Of a stretch of 64,000 nt of DNA, positions 29,704-39,395 are shown piece after piece. Location of the stretch: NCBI GenBank assembly GCA_041739995.1, contig JBGSMV010000047.1:96001-160000 (forward strand). Reading direction: 5' to 3'. The notes beneath the pieces were generated by a model. It had not been told where the DNA came from and made no database searches. It saw only the letters and a list, made by a program, of their open reading frames with translations. Source of the stretch: Bdellovibrionota bacterium (GTDB lineage: Bacteria > Bdellovibrionota_C > UBA2361 > JBGSMV01). Every line of letters starts with the position of its first letter. Within the stretch, counting starts at the first letter, position 1. The translations under genes were made by a program, and so were the position numbers.

Positions 29704-29840
29704 TGTCCTGAGTTAAGAATTCGATAAATAATTCTCGCCGAGTTCGCGGCTCTTTGTGAATATATTTAATGAATTACACAATGAGCTCAGAGAGAATAGC
29801 GAGAAAAATACTTAAATGAACTTCTGACTCGACACACTAG
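29700..29840. mobile_element. CTAG-bounded palindromic MITE-like element, family A (copy 3)
   Basis: ctagtgtcctgagttaag...cttctgactcgacacactag; closely similar to 12425-12567 along its length. Confidence 0.8.
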
Positions 29841-29848
29841 CGTCATTT

Positions 29849-30691
29849 TTATCCTCCTTGCACCGTCAGACGTGCCGCGGACTTCTTCCAAAAAAGATGT
29901 CCCACAATCTGCAATGCCACTATCCAAAGTCCCATCTGCAAAAGCGCACCCCAGGCAGCCGTACCTTCGATTTTGCCTAAATATATTTGCAAAGGAACAA
30001 ACGTAATGAACTGAAATGGCAAAGCCGAGAGCACCTGCTCAGCCCAGCCTGGGAAAAATGAGAGCGGCAGTAGTAGTCCAGAAAAGAGCTGAATTAAGTA
30101 ATGCTTGGCCTGCATCAGCGAGTGAATAGATTTGATAAAGAAGGCCACCAGGCCTACCAAAAAATTGATTTGGGCTGAGATCACAAAGCTGCCCAGAACT
30201 GCAAATCCAAAAAAGATTGTATTCATTCCAGACGCTGGAGCTTCAATCGAAAACAAAGGAAGAACTGCCAGCCCAATTGGAACGGTAAAAAACACCAATC
30301 GAAATACGAACTCGCCAAAAGCCTGGCAAAGCATCATTCCTTGAAAATTTACCGGCCTGCTCAAATAGACGCTTATTTGACCGCTGCGTACGAGCTCCTC
30401 AATGTCCCAATCGATCGTAGAGAAACACAGGCTTCGAGCGATCCAACCAATCACCACATAGGTGACCATTTCCTCAAGAGAATATCCGAAGACGCGCCCC
30501 GACTCGCCCGCCACACCGCTACTCGCGAAGACTGCACTCCATATAAAGTAGTGAATGGAGATGTAGAGCAGGTAGGTAATAATCCCAGTAAAGTATCGAA
30601 GTCGGTATGCCAGCATTCCAAGCATCGAAGCACGAACATAGGCAAAATACGGGGTGAGAGAGGAGCTGGGCAGGACACTTGCGATCGTCAT
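29849..30691 (-). CDS. ABC-2 family (DUF990-type) transporter permease
   Basis: SGQISVYLSRPVN, FSGLLLPLSFFP, LPFQ, C-terminal VQGG. Confidence 0.9.
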   Translation of the reverse strand: MTIASVLPSSSLTPYFAYVRASMLGMLAYRLRYFTGIITYLLYISIHYFIWSAVFASSGVAGESGRVFGYSLEEMVTYVVIGWIARSLCFSTIDWDIEELVRSGQISVYLSRPVNFQGMMLCQAFGEFVFRLVFFTVPIGLAVLPLFSIEAPASGMNTIFFGFAVLGSFVISAQINFLVGLVAFFIKSIHSLMQAKHYLIQLFSGLLLPLSFFPGWAEQVLSALPFQFITFVPLQIYLGKIEGTAAWGALLQMGLWIVALQIVGHLFWKKSAARLTVQGG

Positions 30692-31734
30692 GAGGACACA
30701 GGCATACCCTGCCGATAAATTCGAATAAGAATGTCCTCGATGGCCGGATCTATAGTTGAAAGATCCGCCACAGGAAACGAATTTACTATCGCACGCACCA
30801 GTTCAATCGTTGGAATTTTCTGCGGATCATACTCCGCAAGTACTCGCCCACCCTCTGGCTTGAATTCCGCCATGGGAATCCTGGCGCTTAGGGCTGCGGG
30901 GCTTACCTCCCCCTGAAATTGGACCGACACCGTACGCTTTACCCCAGGCAGTGCACGAACAGTGTCAATGCTGCCGTCAAAGATGATGCGGCCATGATCG
31001 ATGATGATTATACGCTCGCAGAGTTCTTCAATTTCAACCAAATCATGCGTAGTTAAAATGACGGTGGTATTGAATTCACGATTAATGGTTTTAAGAAAAG
31101 CTCGGATACTTGTCTTTGCAACCGCATCCACCCCAATAGTGGGCTCGTCAAGAAACAACAACTCGGGTCCATGTAAAAGACTCGCAGCGAGATCGCTGCG
31201 CAAGCGTTGTCCCAATGAAAGCTTGCGCACAGGAGTTCTTAAAAATTCGCCAAGCTCCAATACCCCCGTGAGGAGTTCAAGACGCTGAAGATACTCAGCG
31301 CGAGGAACCTTATAAATTGCGGCCAAGAGATTGAACGATTCGATTACGGCAATATCCCACCACAGCTGAGTTCTCTGTCCGAATACTACCCCAATTTTTG
31401 AACAATATACTTTTCGCTCGCGGTAGGGATCACGCCCGAGACATTGCATCTCACCGCTGCTGGGTTTCAAAATCCCGGTCAGCATTTTTATGGTGGTAGA
31501 TTTACCCGCACCGTTCGGTCCAATGAACCCAACGATTTCTCCCTTGGGAACTTCAAATGAAATACCACCCACGGCCGTGACCGTTTTATTGCGCCTATGG
31601 ACAAGATCTCGCACTCCGCCCCACAACCCTTCTCGTCGCTCATGCGACTCAAAGACTTTGGACAGATCACTAACCCTTACCGCCGGAGAGGAAGCGGCAG
31701 AGCTTTCGTTAACTGATGGTACGGAGGGGTTCAT
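30688..31734 (-). CDS. ABC transporter ATP-binding protein
   Basis: GPNGAGKST, VFGQRTQLWWD, LSLGQR, LDEPTIG, TTHD. Confidence 0.95.
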   Translation of the reverse strand: MNPSVPSVNESSAASSPAVRVSDLSKVFESHERREGLWGGVRDLVHRRNKTVTAVGGISFEVPKGEIVGFIGPNGAGKSTTIKMLTGILKPSSGEMQCLGRDPYRERKVYCSKIGVVFGQRTQLWWDIAVIESFNLLAAIYKVPRAEYLQRLELLTGVLELGEFLRTPVRKLSLGQRLRSDLAASLLHGPELLFLDEPTIGVDAVAKTSIRAFLKTINREFNTTVILTTHDLVEIEELCERIIIIDHGRIIFDGSIDTVRALPGVKRTVSVQFQGEVSPAALSARIPMAEFKPEGGRVLAEYDPQKIPTIELVRAIVNSFPVADLSTIDPAIEDILIRIYRQGMPVSS

Positions 31735-31771
31735 GGCGTATCATTAGCAGTTTCCAAGGCTCTCAGACAAA

Positions 31772-31897
31772 CGAGTCGTCTGTGACAGAGGCACAGACGA
31801 CGACGTCCCGCCCAAGCCTGCTCGAATCGAATGGCAGCACAGGCACACGCGAGCGAAGGCGGACCTTCATAAACAGGGCTATGTCACAGACCCCCAG
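31772..31897 (+). mobile_element. Family C element with both inverted ends
   Basis: gtctgtgac (31778) ... gtcacagac (31883); internal aggcacagacgacgacgtccc, aatggcagcacagg and gagcgaaggcgga; outer CTAGs degenerate. Confidence 0.75.
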
Positions 31898-32010
31898 CCA
31901 AAGACTGGAAAAGCTTACCATGACAGGCTATCTCGCATTTGACATCATCAAGGCCGCGCGGCTCCATAGGAGCGGTGATGTACTAGAAGCTTGCCGTTGA
32001 ACACTCTGCT

Positions 32011-34272
32011 ATGAACACCTCGAATTCTAAGCCATTTCTGCTGTTGTGCAGGGGCTCGCCTCGACAGTTCGTGCTTGGCGCGCTCGGCGTCCTGCTCGTC
32101 GTTCTGGCATTGCGCTTCGAAGTGACTCTAAAGCTCTCGTCTCACGCGCTTGGTGGTGCGGAGAGAGATGCGGCTCTTTACCTCTGGCTCACCGAAGTCT
32201 GGGCACGAAACCTTTCGCACTTAGAGCTTGGCTCTGCTTCTTTCTTAAACTTACCCGGATTCTTCCCCTACACACTTACCCTGGCGTGGAGCGACAATTT
32301 TTTCCTGCCGAGTCTCTTCTCCGGCCTCCTGCATTCTGTCGGCGTTTCCATTCTTGCCGCTTACAATAGCAGCTTACTATTAGCGATGTTCCTTAACGGC
32401 TTTTGCACTTTTGTGCTTTGCTTGCGTCTTTCCGGACACACCGCTGCCTCCTTGCTCGGCGGAATCGCCTGGATGTCTAGTTCATTTTTCAGCGCACACC
32501 TTGGGCACCCTCAGCTCCAGTTTGCTTTTTGGTTCCCTCTGGGAACTCTCGCACTTCTTAGAGCGATGAGCTCTCGTGTGGCATGGCGCTGGTCCCTCCC
32601 TGGGCTCTGTGTTCTTGGCGCATTTCTGACCACAGTGTACTACGCAGTTTTTTTAAGCTTTCTTCTGTTTCTTATAGCAGGACTTATCTGCTTGCTTCGC
32701 CCTGGCGCTCTCATGCCTCTACTTCGCGCTCCCGCGCTAGTGTTCGCGAGCTTACCGCTGTTGGGGCTTGTGCCCCTGGCACTTCCTTATCTTGCCGTAC
32801 AAGAAGTCTTTGGTTCGCGATTTCTGCATGAACCTTACTTCTTCTCTGCTTCTGCGCTCTCATACTTTTCTGCGTCGCCCTTTAATCTGCTTTTTGGTTG
32901 GACTTCTGACTGGAGCCACTCCGAGGGACATCTGTTGGTTGGTTGGTTATCACCCTTCCTACTGGCCTTCGCTTCGAACCTCGCGTTCAAAACTCGTCAT
33001 CTTCGTTGGCTCCTCACCTTCTTATTGCTTAGCATTGGCTTGTGCGCGGCGTTTTCGGCTCCTGGACTGCTGCCCGGCTACGAAACGTGGTTGGACGCTC
33101 TGTGCGCTGTGGGCACCTGGATTTCGCTTTTTGCGATTATCTGGTTCGTGTGGCGACTTGGATTTCTAGAGCGCCTCTCAGGCGCTGCCATACTAACGAA
33201 CCGGGCCTTGCTGGCACTTTTTCTCGCCGGCGCTCTAATCTGCGTGCTTATATCTTTTGGCCCCCGTGGATATCACGAGTCAGGGGGTCTGCCCGGCTTG
33301 GCACTCTATCGTGCGCTTTACGAAGGTTTTCCTGGCTTTAGTGCGGCGCGCGCCATCGGGCGAATTGGCATTCTTGTTCTCTTTCTAAGCTCGGTCGCCA
33401 CCAGCATCGGCTTAGCCTTGTTACTACGACATTTTGCAATTAAGGGCGCTCAAGCAACTCTGCTGTGCGTGTTACTTTGCGGAGTGGCTGTGATTGAACA
33501 GTTCCACCCTCAATATCCGCTAGAACCTCTTCCCCCCGTTCCTGAAATATTCACCACACTCAAGCAATCTGCTCGCTCCGGAGAGAGTGCGCTGATTCTT
33601 CCTTTCTCCGGAGCGCTAAACTCAAAGAATCAGGTTGCTCGTTGGGGCGAGTTCGCACGACTTCAGGTAAACGCGGTGCGTCATGCTCTGAGCACCGAGG
33701 TGCCGGTCATCAACGGCTACAGCGGGCAACGCTCACGCATAATTTATGACTGGCCTGGAATACTAGCCGATTTCCCCGCGCCTCAATCTCTAAGAGTCGT
33801 GAGCGAAGTCGCGGGACTGCGCTGGATTGTAGTTCTCAACATCGACGACCTGAGTACAAAGGTCGAGCAACGCCTTGAGAAGTTCCCAGGCAAGCTGCGG
33901 GTTGCTCACAAAGATAGCGAGGGAAATCTTCTTCTTGAGTTAATGGGGACTAGAGGCGTTGATGTTCCTGGCGCTCAGCTGTTGGTACCCTCATATCCAA
34001 CGGGCGTACTTACTCTTGAACTCTCTGCTGTCCCGCTCTCACACACCAAAACTCTCTCTATTTCCGTGCACGATCGCGACACTGAAGCGACCGTTGCCGA
34101 GCTCACCGTTCCTGCTGACGGGTCTTGGAGCATGCATTCGTTTCGCGTCGGAAGTTCTCATTTACGCAGCAATCCGCTGCGATTGGAGTTGCGCGTGAAT
34201 GACGATACGTCGCCCAGGGACGTGCTCTTTTCACGCAGAACCCTCTACGAGAGCGGCTCACCAGAAACATGA
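32011..34272 (+). CDS. Polytopic membrane protein, GT-C/YfhO-like glycosyltransferase
   Basis: Many TM helices; LAWSDNF, HLGHPQLQ, PVINGYSG; soluble C-terminal domain. Confidence 0.7.
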   Translation: MNTSNSKPFLLLCRGSPRQFVLGALGVLLVVLALRFEVTLKLSSHALGGAERDAALYLWLTEVWARNLSHLELGSASFLNLPGFFPYTLTLAWSDNFFLPSLFSGLLHSVGVSILAAYNSSLLLAMFLNGFCTFVLCLRLSGHTAASLLGGIAWMSSSFFSAHLGHPQLQFAFWFPLGTLALLRAMSSRVAWRWSLPGLCVLGAFLTTVYYAVFLSFLLFLIAGLICLLRPGALMPLLRAPALVFASLPLLGLVPLALPYLAVQEVFGSRFLHEPYFFSASALSYFSASPFNLLFGWTSDWSHSEGHLLVGWLSPFLLAFASNLAFKTRHLRWLLTFLLLSIGLCAAFSAPGLLPGYETWLDALCAVGTWISLFAIIWFVWRLGFLERLSGAAILTNRALLALFLAGALICVLISFGPRGYHESGGLPGLALYRALYEGFPGFSAARAIGRIGILVLFLSSVATSIGLALLLRHFAIKGAQATLLCVLLCGVAVIEQFHPQYPLEPLPPVPEIFTTLKQSARSGESALILPFSGALNSKNQVARWGEFARLQVNAVRHALSTEVPVINGYSGQRSRIIYDWPGILADFPAPQSLRVVSEVAGLRWIVVLNIDDLSTKVEQRLEKFPGKLRVAHKDSEGNLLLELMGTRGVDVPGAQLLVPSYPTGVLTLELSAVPLSHTKTLSISVHDRDTEATVAELTVPADGSWSMHSFRVGSSHLRSNPLRLELRVNDDTSPRDVLFSRRTLYESGSPET

Positions 34273-34475
34273 ACCCGCAGCCCCGCATGGCGGCATCCAA
34301 GTTTTTGCCAACTCAGCCCGGTCGCAAATTAGTGCCTTATGCACCGAACCCGGTTCTGTTAGGTTCGATTTCGTGACTTTGAGATTCGAAGTCACGGTTT
34401 TTGCCCGGTAGAGAGCCCCTTCGCTGTGCGATGACTACTCTGCAGATGGCGCTGATTCCCAAGGAGGTTTGCCTG

Positions 34476-35483
34476 ATGAAGAGCAACGCACCTCAAACTA
34501 GTGAAAGGAAGACTAGTGAAAAAAAGCGACGTCTCCTTGCTCAGGCGAACCAGCGCGTGCTCCCCGCCAGAAAACAGCCTCGAGGATCCCCAAGCATGAG
34601 TGCTCGACCGCAGAAAAGGCCCTCTTCAACAAGTACTCTCTCGCTCACGGTTCGTCGGCAAGCTCCCCTTTCTCCTCGCGCACTGCACGATCCTGAATCC
34701 CTCGTAGAGGCACTCGCTCATCCACGATTTGAGGCGCACACCGAGATTGAAGTCCCCTACTTTTCTACCCTTGCCCATCTCAGCTCTATGCTGAAACTAC
34801 AAGAACTTCCCTCTCAACATATATTTCAAGCCTATATCCCTGAGAAAAACTTACACGAGATTCTGCTGCGCCTTGGAAGTGCAAGCGCACTCCTTCCCGC
34901 ACTCGAAGCCTCCATGCTTTCACGCGCGCGCCTGCGCCGCACGATTGACCTCTCTACGGATTCCACATCTTCCTCCCGCTATTATCTTCAATTGAAAACG
35001 GCCAAGGGTGGAGGCCTCTCCCGCACCGAGCTCGGAATAGAAATCCCTGCGGCACGGTTTTTTAAACTACTTCCCCTTGCGACCGCAGGAGCTGTGGAAA
35101 AACTGCGCTACATTCAACGCGGCGAAGTCCGAGCAATAAGGGGAAAGATGCACCTGGCCGAGGCGCATTTTGACGTTCTGTTGAACGCTGGCGCGAATAC
35201 AAAGCTTCAAATGAGCACGCGTCGAAGCGCGGAGCGCTCGCCCTTCTCCTTCATTGACGTAGAACTCCCTTCTGCTCAGCTTATTCCTCTGCTTGCAGAG
35301 CCACGACGACATTCCTTTGCATTTCTCTCCTGTGCCACTCCAGTATTGGACCATGAACGCTGGATTCAGAAAGTTACTGGCACGCGCGCAATTGCGCGAA
35401 ATGGCCTACACGATCGCACTTTTAAAAAGGCGTTGCGTCAGCTCACCGCAGGTCTTCCCGCTCCCTTCTCGCCCTCAAAGTAG
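34476..35483 (+). CDS. CYTH-like (triphosphate tunnel) domain protein with basic N-terminal extension
   Basis: EIE, RARLRR, YLQLK..GLSRTE..IEI, VEKLRY, IDVE; AAGGAGG upstream of ATG 34476. Confidence 0.6.
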   Translation: MKSNAPQTSERKTSEKKRRLLAQANQRVLPARKQPRGSPSMSARPQKRPSSTSTLSLTVRRQAPLSPRALHDPESLVEALAHPRFEAHTEIEVPYFSTLAHLSSMLKLQELPSQHIFQAYIPEKNLHEILLRLGSASALLPALEASMLSRARLRRTIDLSTDSTSSSRYYLQLKTAKGGGLSRTELGIEIPAARFFKLLPLATAGAVEKLRYIQRGEVRAIRGKMHLAEAHFDVLLNAGANTKLQMSTRRSAERSPFSFIDVELPSAQLIPLLAEPRRHSFAFLSCATPVLDHERWIQKVTGTRAIARNGLHDRTFKKALRQLTAGLPAPFSPSK

Positions 35484-35747
35484 CATTTCCGTTAAGCATT
35501 GTTTTTGTGGGAAGCTTGCCAAGCGCAACCGCACCCATTTGAGCAGTTGAGCCAAAATAGAGGGGGCAAGTTTGCGCATCCGCTAATGTTTTGAGTATCA
35601 CTGATGTCACCCGTTTGGTGAAAGAGGTTCACGCGTAAACTTGACTGCCTCTATAGTAAAACTGGGCTCTTTTGAGGATCCTAAATGGCGCTACTGACCC
35701 ATTTAGGTTGAAGCAACGCTTTGGGAAGACCTTAATAGGTAAGCAAA

Positions 35748-36719
35748 ATGGAATACCGCAGACTCGGCCGCTCGGGCATAAAAATTTCTGAACTCTCATT
35801 TGGTTCCTGGGTTACCTTTGATAAGCAAATAGATCTCGATGGCGCCATGCAGTGTATGCGCGTGGCCTACGAAAGCGGGGTTAATTTTTTTGATAATGCG
35901 GAAGCCTACGCCAGCGGTGAGTCTGAGCACATCATGGGCGAGGCACTAAAGAAGCTGGCCTGGCGCCGCGGCTCTTATCTGGTTTCTACCAAGCTTTTTT
36001 GGGGACTTCACAGCGGGCCAAACGAGAAGAACACTTTGAATCGAAAGTATTTACTTGAGGGCATTTCCGGGTCTCTTGAACGCTTACAGCTCGACTATGT
36101 TGATTTGATTTTCTGCCATCGACCAGACGCCAACACGCCGATTGAAGAAACCGTGTGGGCTATGCACGACATTATTGGAAGAGGACAAGCGCTCTACTGG
36201 GGCACTTCTGAGTGGAGCGCGGAGCAAATACGCGAAGCTTTTGAAGTCGCCAAGCGAATGAACCTGCGAGCTCCGGTGATGGAGCAACCCGAATACAATT
36301 TATTCAAGCGCGCACGGGTTGAATCAGAGTATGTTCCTCTCTTTGAACAGTACGGAATCGGCACAACAACCTGGAGCCCGCTCGCTTCTGGTTTATTGAC
36401 TGGTAAATATGCGAATGGCATTCCCGAAGGTTCTCGTTTCTCCCTTAAGGGCATGAGTTGGTTACAGGAACAGTACGCCTCGCCTGCGTATGCTACGGCC
36501 GTTCGCGATTTGGGTGCTATCGCTTCGTCTCTGGGGTGTTCTCTAGCCCAGCTTTCCATTGCGTGGTGTCTTAAAAATCCACACGTGAGCACGGTGATTC
36601 TTGGGGCAACCTCAGTGAAGCAGTTAACTGAGAATCTCAAGTCCCGCGACTGTGTGGCTCTTCTTAAGCCCGAAGTACTGGCGAAGATCCGTGCCATCCT
36701 TATGAAACACCCACTGTAA
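35748..36719 (+). CDS. Aldo/keto reductase (Kv-beta-like)
   Basis: [51 protein letters not shown]. Confidence 0.95.
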   Translation: MEYRRLGRSGIKISELSFGSWVTFDKQIDLDGAMQCMRVAYESGVNFFDNAEAYASGESEHIMGEALKKLAWRRGSYLVSTKLFWGLHSGPNEKNTLNRKYLLEGISGSLERLQLDYVDLIFCHRPDANTPIEETVWAMHDIIGRGQALYWGTSEWSAEQIREAFEVAKRMNLRAPVMEQPEYNLFKRARVESEYVPLFEQYGIGTTTWSPLASGLLTGKYANGIPEGSRFSLKGMSWLQEQYASPAYATAVRDLGAIASSLGCSLAQLSIAWCLKNPHVSTVILGATSVKQLTENLKSRDCVALLKPEVLAKIRAILMKHPL

Positions 36720-37141
36720 TGCGCCAGAAATGTTTCGTCTGTGCGTTGGTGGCGGAGACGGATAGAATTATTGCAATACCGCTTAGAGATTCGCGAAGAA
36801 CAGCTTCTTCACTATATATGAGGTCCGCGCTCCGCTGTCCCTGCTTGTGGCTGAAGACCGCGAGGCAGACTTTTTCTTGTTTAAAAAGTTTCTGGCACTG
36901 TCCTCAACAAGCAATACTCTAAACTGGCGCTCGCTGCCCCTCATCTCCGACCCTTGAATGCGGAATCACCCAGCAAAAGATTTATCGAATGTCGCGCGCA
37001 GGCATATCACAAAAGAGGGCACGTGGTTAGCTGAGAATCTGATACTCGGGGATCGGTTCTGATGCTTCATGCGCATCATCCCTGTAGCCAAGAGAGCATT
37101 GTACGGAAACCTCAGCGCCGCTGCCAGTGAGCTCCAAGCTG

Positions 37142-38611
37142 TTAACTAGTCTCGCTACCCATACTCAAACAAGCATTCAGCGCTTCTCTAAGCGCCTTGA
37201 AGAATAGCAGGCTGTGTGCGCGATCTCCGTCTTTTAGTTCCGTAGACATTTCCAAATAGAGCACGCCAACTTTCTCCTTATTGCCGAAAACTCCAGTGAC
37301 ATGCGCGACCTGTTCGCCATTGATAAAAGCGTTCTCTTGAATAATCGGCGTTTGGTAACTCAAAGCTTCCACTACGGGATGAACCGCCCCTCCCATATTC
37401 GAACAGTTAAGCGCCCTGAAGCGATCAATTGAAACAGCTCCGATCCGCAACATCGGCACCGCTTGCAACTTGCGCTGGTCAATTAAGTAAATACATCCTC
37501 GTTCAAACCCAAGAGCGGGAACCACTTGCTCTGCAAACTCTTTGATAGCAAGGGGAGAAGGGCGCCCCGGTGTCACCGATCGATACAGCTGCTTGAAGAT
37601 GTCCGCGATACCTGGGGGACACTTCTGGGCAAACTGATTATTTTCAAACATGCGCAGGCTTAGGTGGGAGATTGCATCCCTGCGTGCGCCTTCTGGATTG
37701 ATTTCACATTTGAAGCCACCGGGAACAAGAACTCCGTAGCCGGCAGAGTATTGCTCCGCCTGTGCTTGAATGAGCGCTTGCCACTCTGGGCCTAGTTGCT
37801 GCTCCAGTTGCGCCGCAACTTTTGGCCAGCTTGCCAGTGCGGCCGGAAAATATTCAGGATCATGGATCTGCGCCATGACCTCTCCGATCTCGCAAAATTG
37901 GCTAAATTTTTCTGCTTGCTTTGACACGGCAATTCCGTTCATTCCACCGTCTTGGCCAAGCACCGCCCGGGTGTCGGGATGTTCGCACCAATCAAGCGCT
38001 GAGCGCGCACCTAACTCAAGCGGCGAATAGCCTAGAGTGCGCAGCAAGAGAGTCTCAAGGTTGCCCTCGCCTTTCCCTGATGAAAGCAGCGCTTTGGTAT
38101 AAATTCGAGGATAATTCCAGGCGACAAGATTCATTCCAAGCTGTCGAACCGTAGCCAGAAGAAAAGCCTGGTGCGCATCGAGCTTTGAGTGGCTCGCAAG
38201 GGTTTCCGCCGTGGCGGCACTCATGAGCGTCTGTCGAAGTCTCATCAGCTGAGTTTTTTGCGTAGGATCTACGGTGTGAACGCCCACCACTTGCTTGGTT
38301 TGGGATAACAAAGCTTCGAACTTTTCAAGCTCAAGCGACATTAGAACTTCAGCAGGTGAGCGATGCTGCACAGGCCCATCAATCACGCTGCCGACTTGGC
38401 GAAGGCAGTAGGTGAAAAGGCCTAGATCTTTCTTGAGATCCGCAAGCAGCAGGTCGTATCGGTTGCTATAGCTACCATCGCGCACGCGATCTTGTACCAG
38501 TGAGAGCACCGCGCCATTAACCGGAAACCATCCGCGCGCCACGTGTACAAGCGCTTCGTCAATTCCTCGGCGCGCTTCCGAGTCTCGCGGAGTTGTTCGT
38601 CCTGTGTTCAT
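37142..38611 (-). CDS. HDOD domain protein
   Basis: LKKDLGLFTYCL, FLLATVRQLG, LGYSPLELG....W pattern; possible C-terminal GAF-like region. Confidence 0.6.
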   Translation of the reverse strand: MNTGRTTPRDSEARRGIDEALVHVARGWFPVNGAVLSLVQDRVRDGSYSNRYDLLLADLKKDLGLFTYCLRQVGSVIDGPVQHRSPAEVLMSLELEKFEALLSQTKQVVGVHTVDPTQKTQLMRLRQTLMSAATAETLASHSKLDAHQAFLLATVRQLGMNLVAWNYPRIYTKALLSSGKGEGNLETLLLRTLGYSPLELGARSALDWCEHPDTRAVLGQDGGMNGIAVSKQAEKFSQFCEIGEVMAQIHDPEYFPAALASWPKVAAQLEQQLGPEWQALIQAQAEQYSAGYGVLVPGGFKCEINPEGARRDAISHLSLRMFENNQFAQKCPPGIADIFKQLYRSVTPGRPSPLAIKEFAEQVVPALGFERGCIYLIDQRKLQAVPMLRIGAVSIDRFRALNCSNMGGAVHPVVEALSYQTPIIQENAFINGEQVAHVTGVFGNKEKVGVLYLEMSTELKDGDRAHSLLFFKALREALNACLSMGSETS

Positions 38612-38619
38612 GCGAGGGT

Positions 38620-39243
38620 CTACTTATTTGCTGATTCTTTTACAGTTGCTCGCACAGCCACTTTGCCGTCCTTAACAACTACTTTAAAGGTAAGTTTTTT
38701 GTTGCCGTGCTGTTTTTTGTAATCTTGCGCTCTTTTCAAGAGAGATTCCTTAAAGGCTGAGAAATCGACCTTTGCCGCGGTGCCACTCTGCTTTTCCAGC
38801 GCAGAGCGATACGCATCGAATAAGGTCTTCATGCCTTTGTCAGCGGCTCCTTGTGTGGTCTGGGCATAGGCGGCATCGGTTGCTTGGCGATCTCGCAAGT
38901 TGGCCTTGAATACGTCTTTGCTATACGTGCCCTCTTCGCGCTCTCGAAGCACTCTCTGCCAATAGGTGTGAAGAGTTCCGTAGCGCACTTCGAGCGTGCG
39001 TAACCGATAATTGAGCGCTGAATTTTTGAAAGGCGCTTTCCTAAGTACCCGAATTTTTCTCTTCACCTCGGCATGCGGCTTTTCGGGCGCCAGAGGGAGC
39101 AGCCCGGAAAAGTGCTGCTCAAAGAGCACTCGAAGCTCAGACAACATGACATCGAGCTTGTCGAGCTCGGCTCTCAAGTCCAGCCGCTCGCTCAACGCTA
39201 CGGCTGTTGTAGTCTTGGCAGCTCCTGGCTCTTTCTTTACCAT
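38620..39243 (-). CDS. MXAN_5187 C-terminal-domain-like protein
   Basis: LRVLFEQHFSG, YWQRVLREREEG, LFDAYRSA, FKVVVKDGK motifs as I recall them for this family. Confidence 0.75.
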   Translation of the reverse strand: MVKKEPGAAKTTTAVALSERLDLRAELDKLDVMLSELRVLFEQHFSGLLPLAPEKPHAEVKRKIRVLRKAPFKNSALNYRLRTLEVRYGTLHTYWQRVLREREEGTYSKDVFKANLRDRQATDAAYAQTTQGAADKGMKTLFDAYRSALEKQSGTAAKVDFSAFKESLLKRAQDYKKQHGNKKLTFKVVVKDGKVAVRATVKESANK

Positions 39244-39395
39244 TTGATCTTACTATGCTTTTCGCGCTATTTCGGGGCACCAGGACGCGAGACTTTAGTG
39301 CGTACGAAGCGCCTTTCTGGTTTATCGTTTCCTTTTCCTTTTTAGTTAAGGGGTTTATCCCCGCTAGGAAGGGCTTTAGAGGGTGAAAGGCTTAC

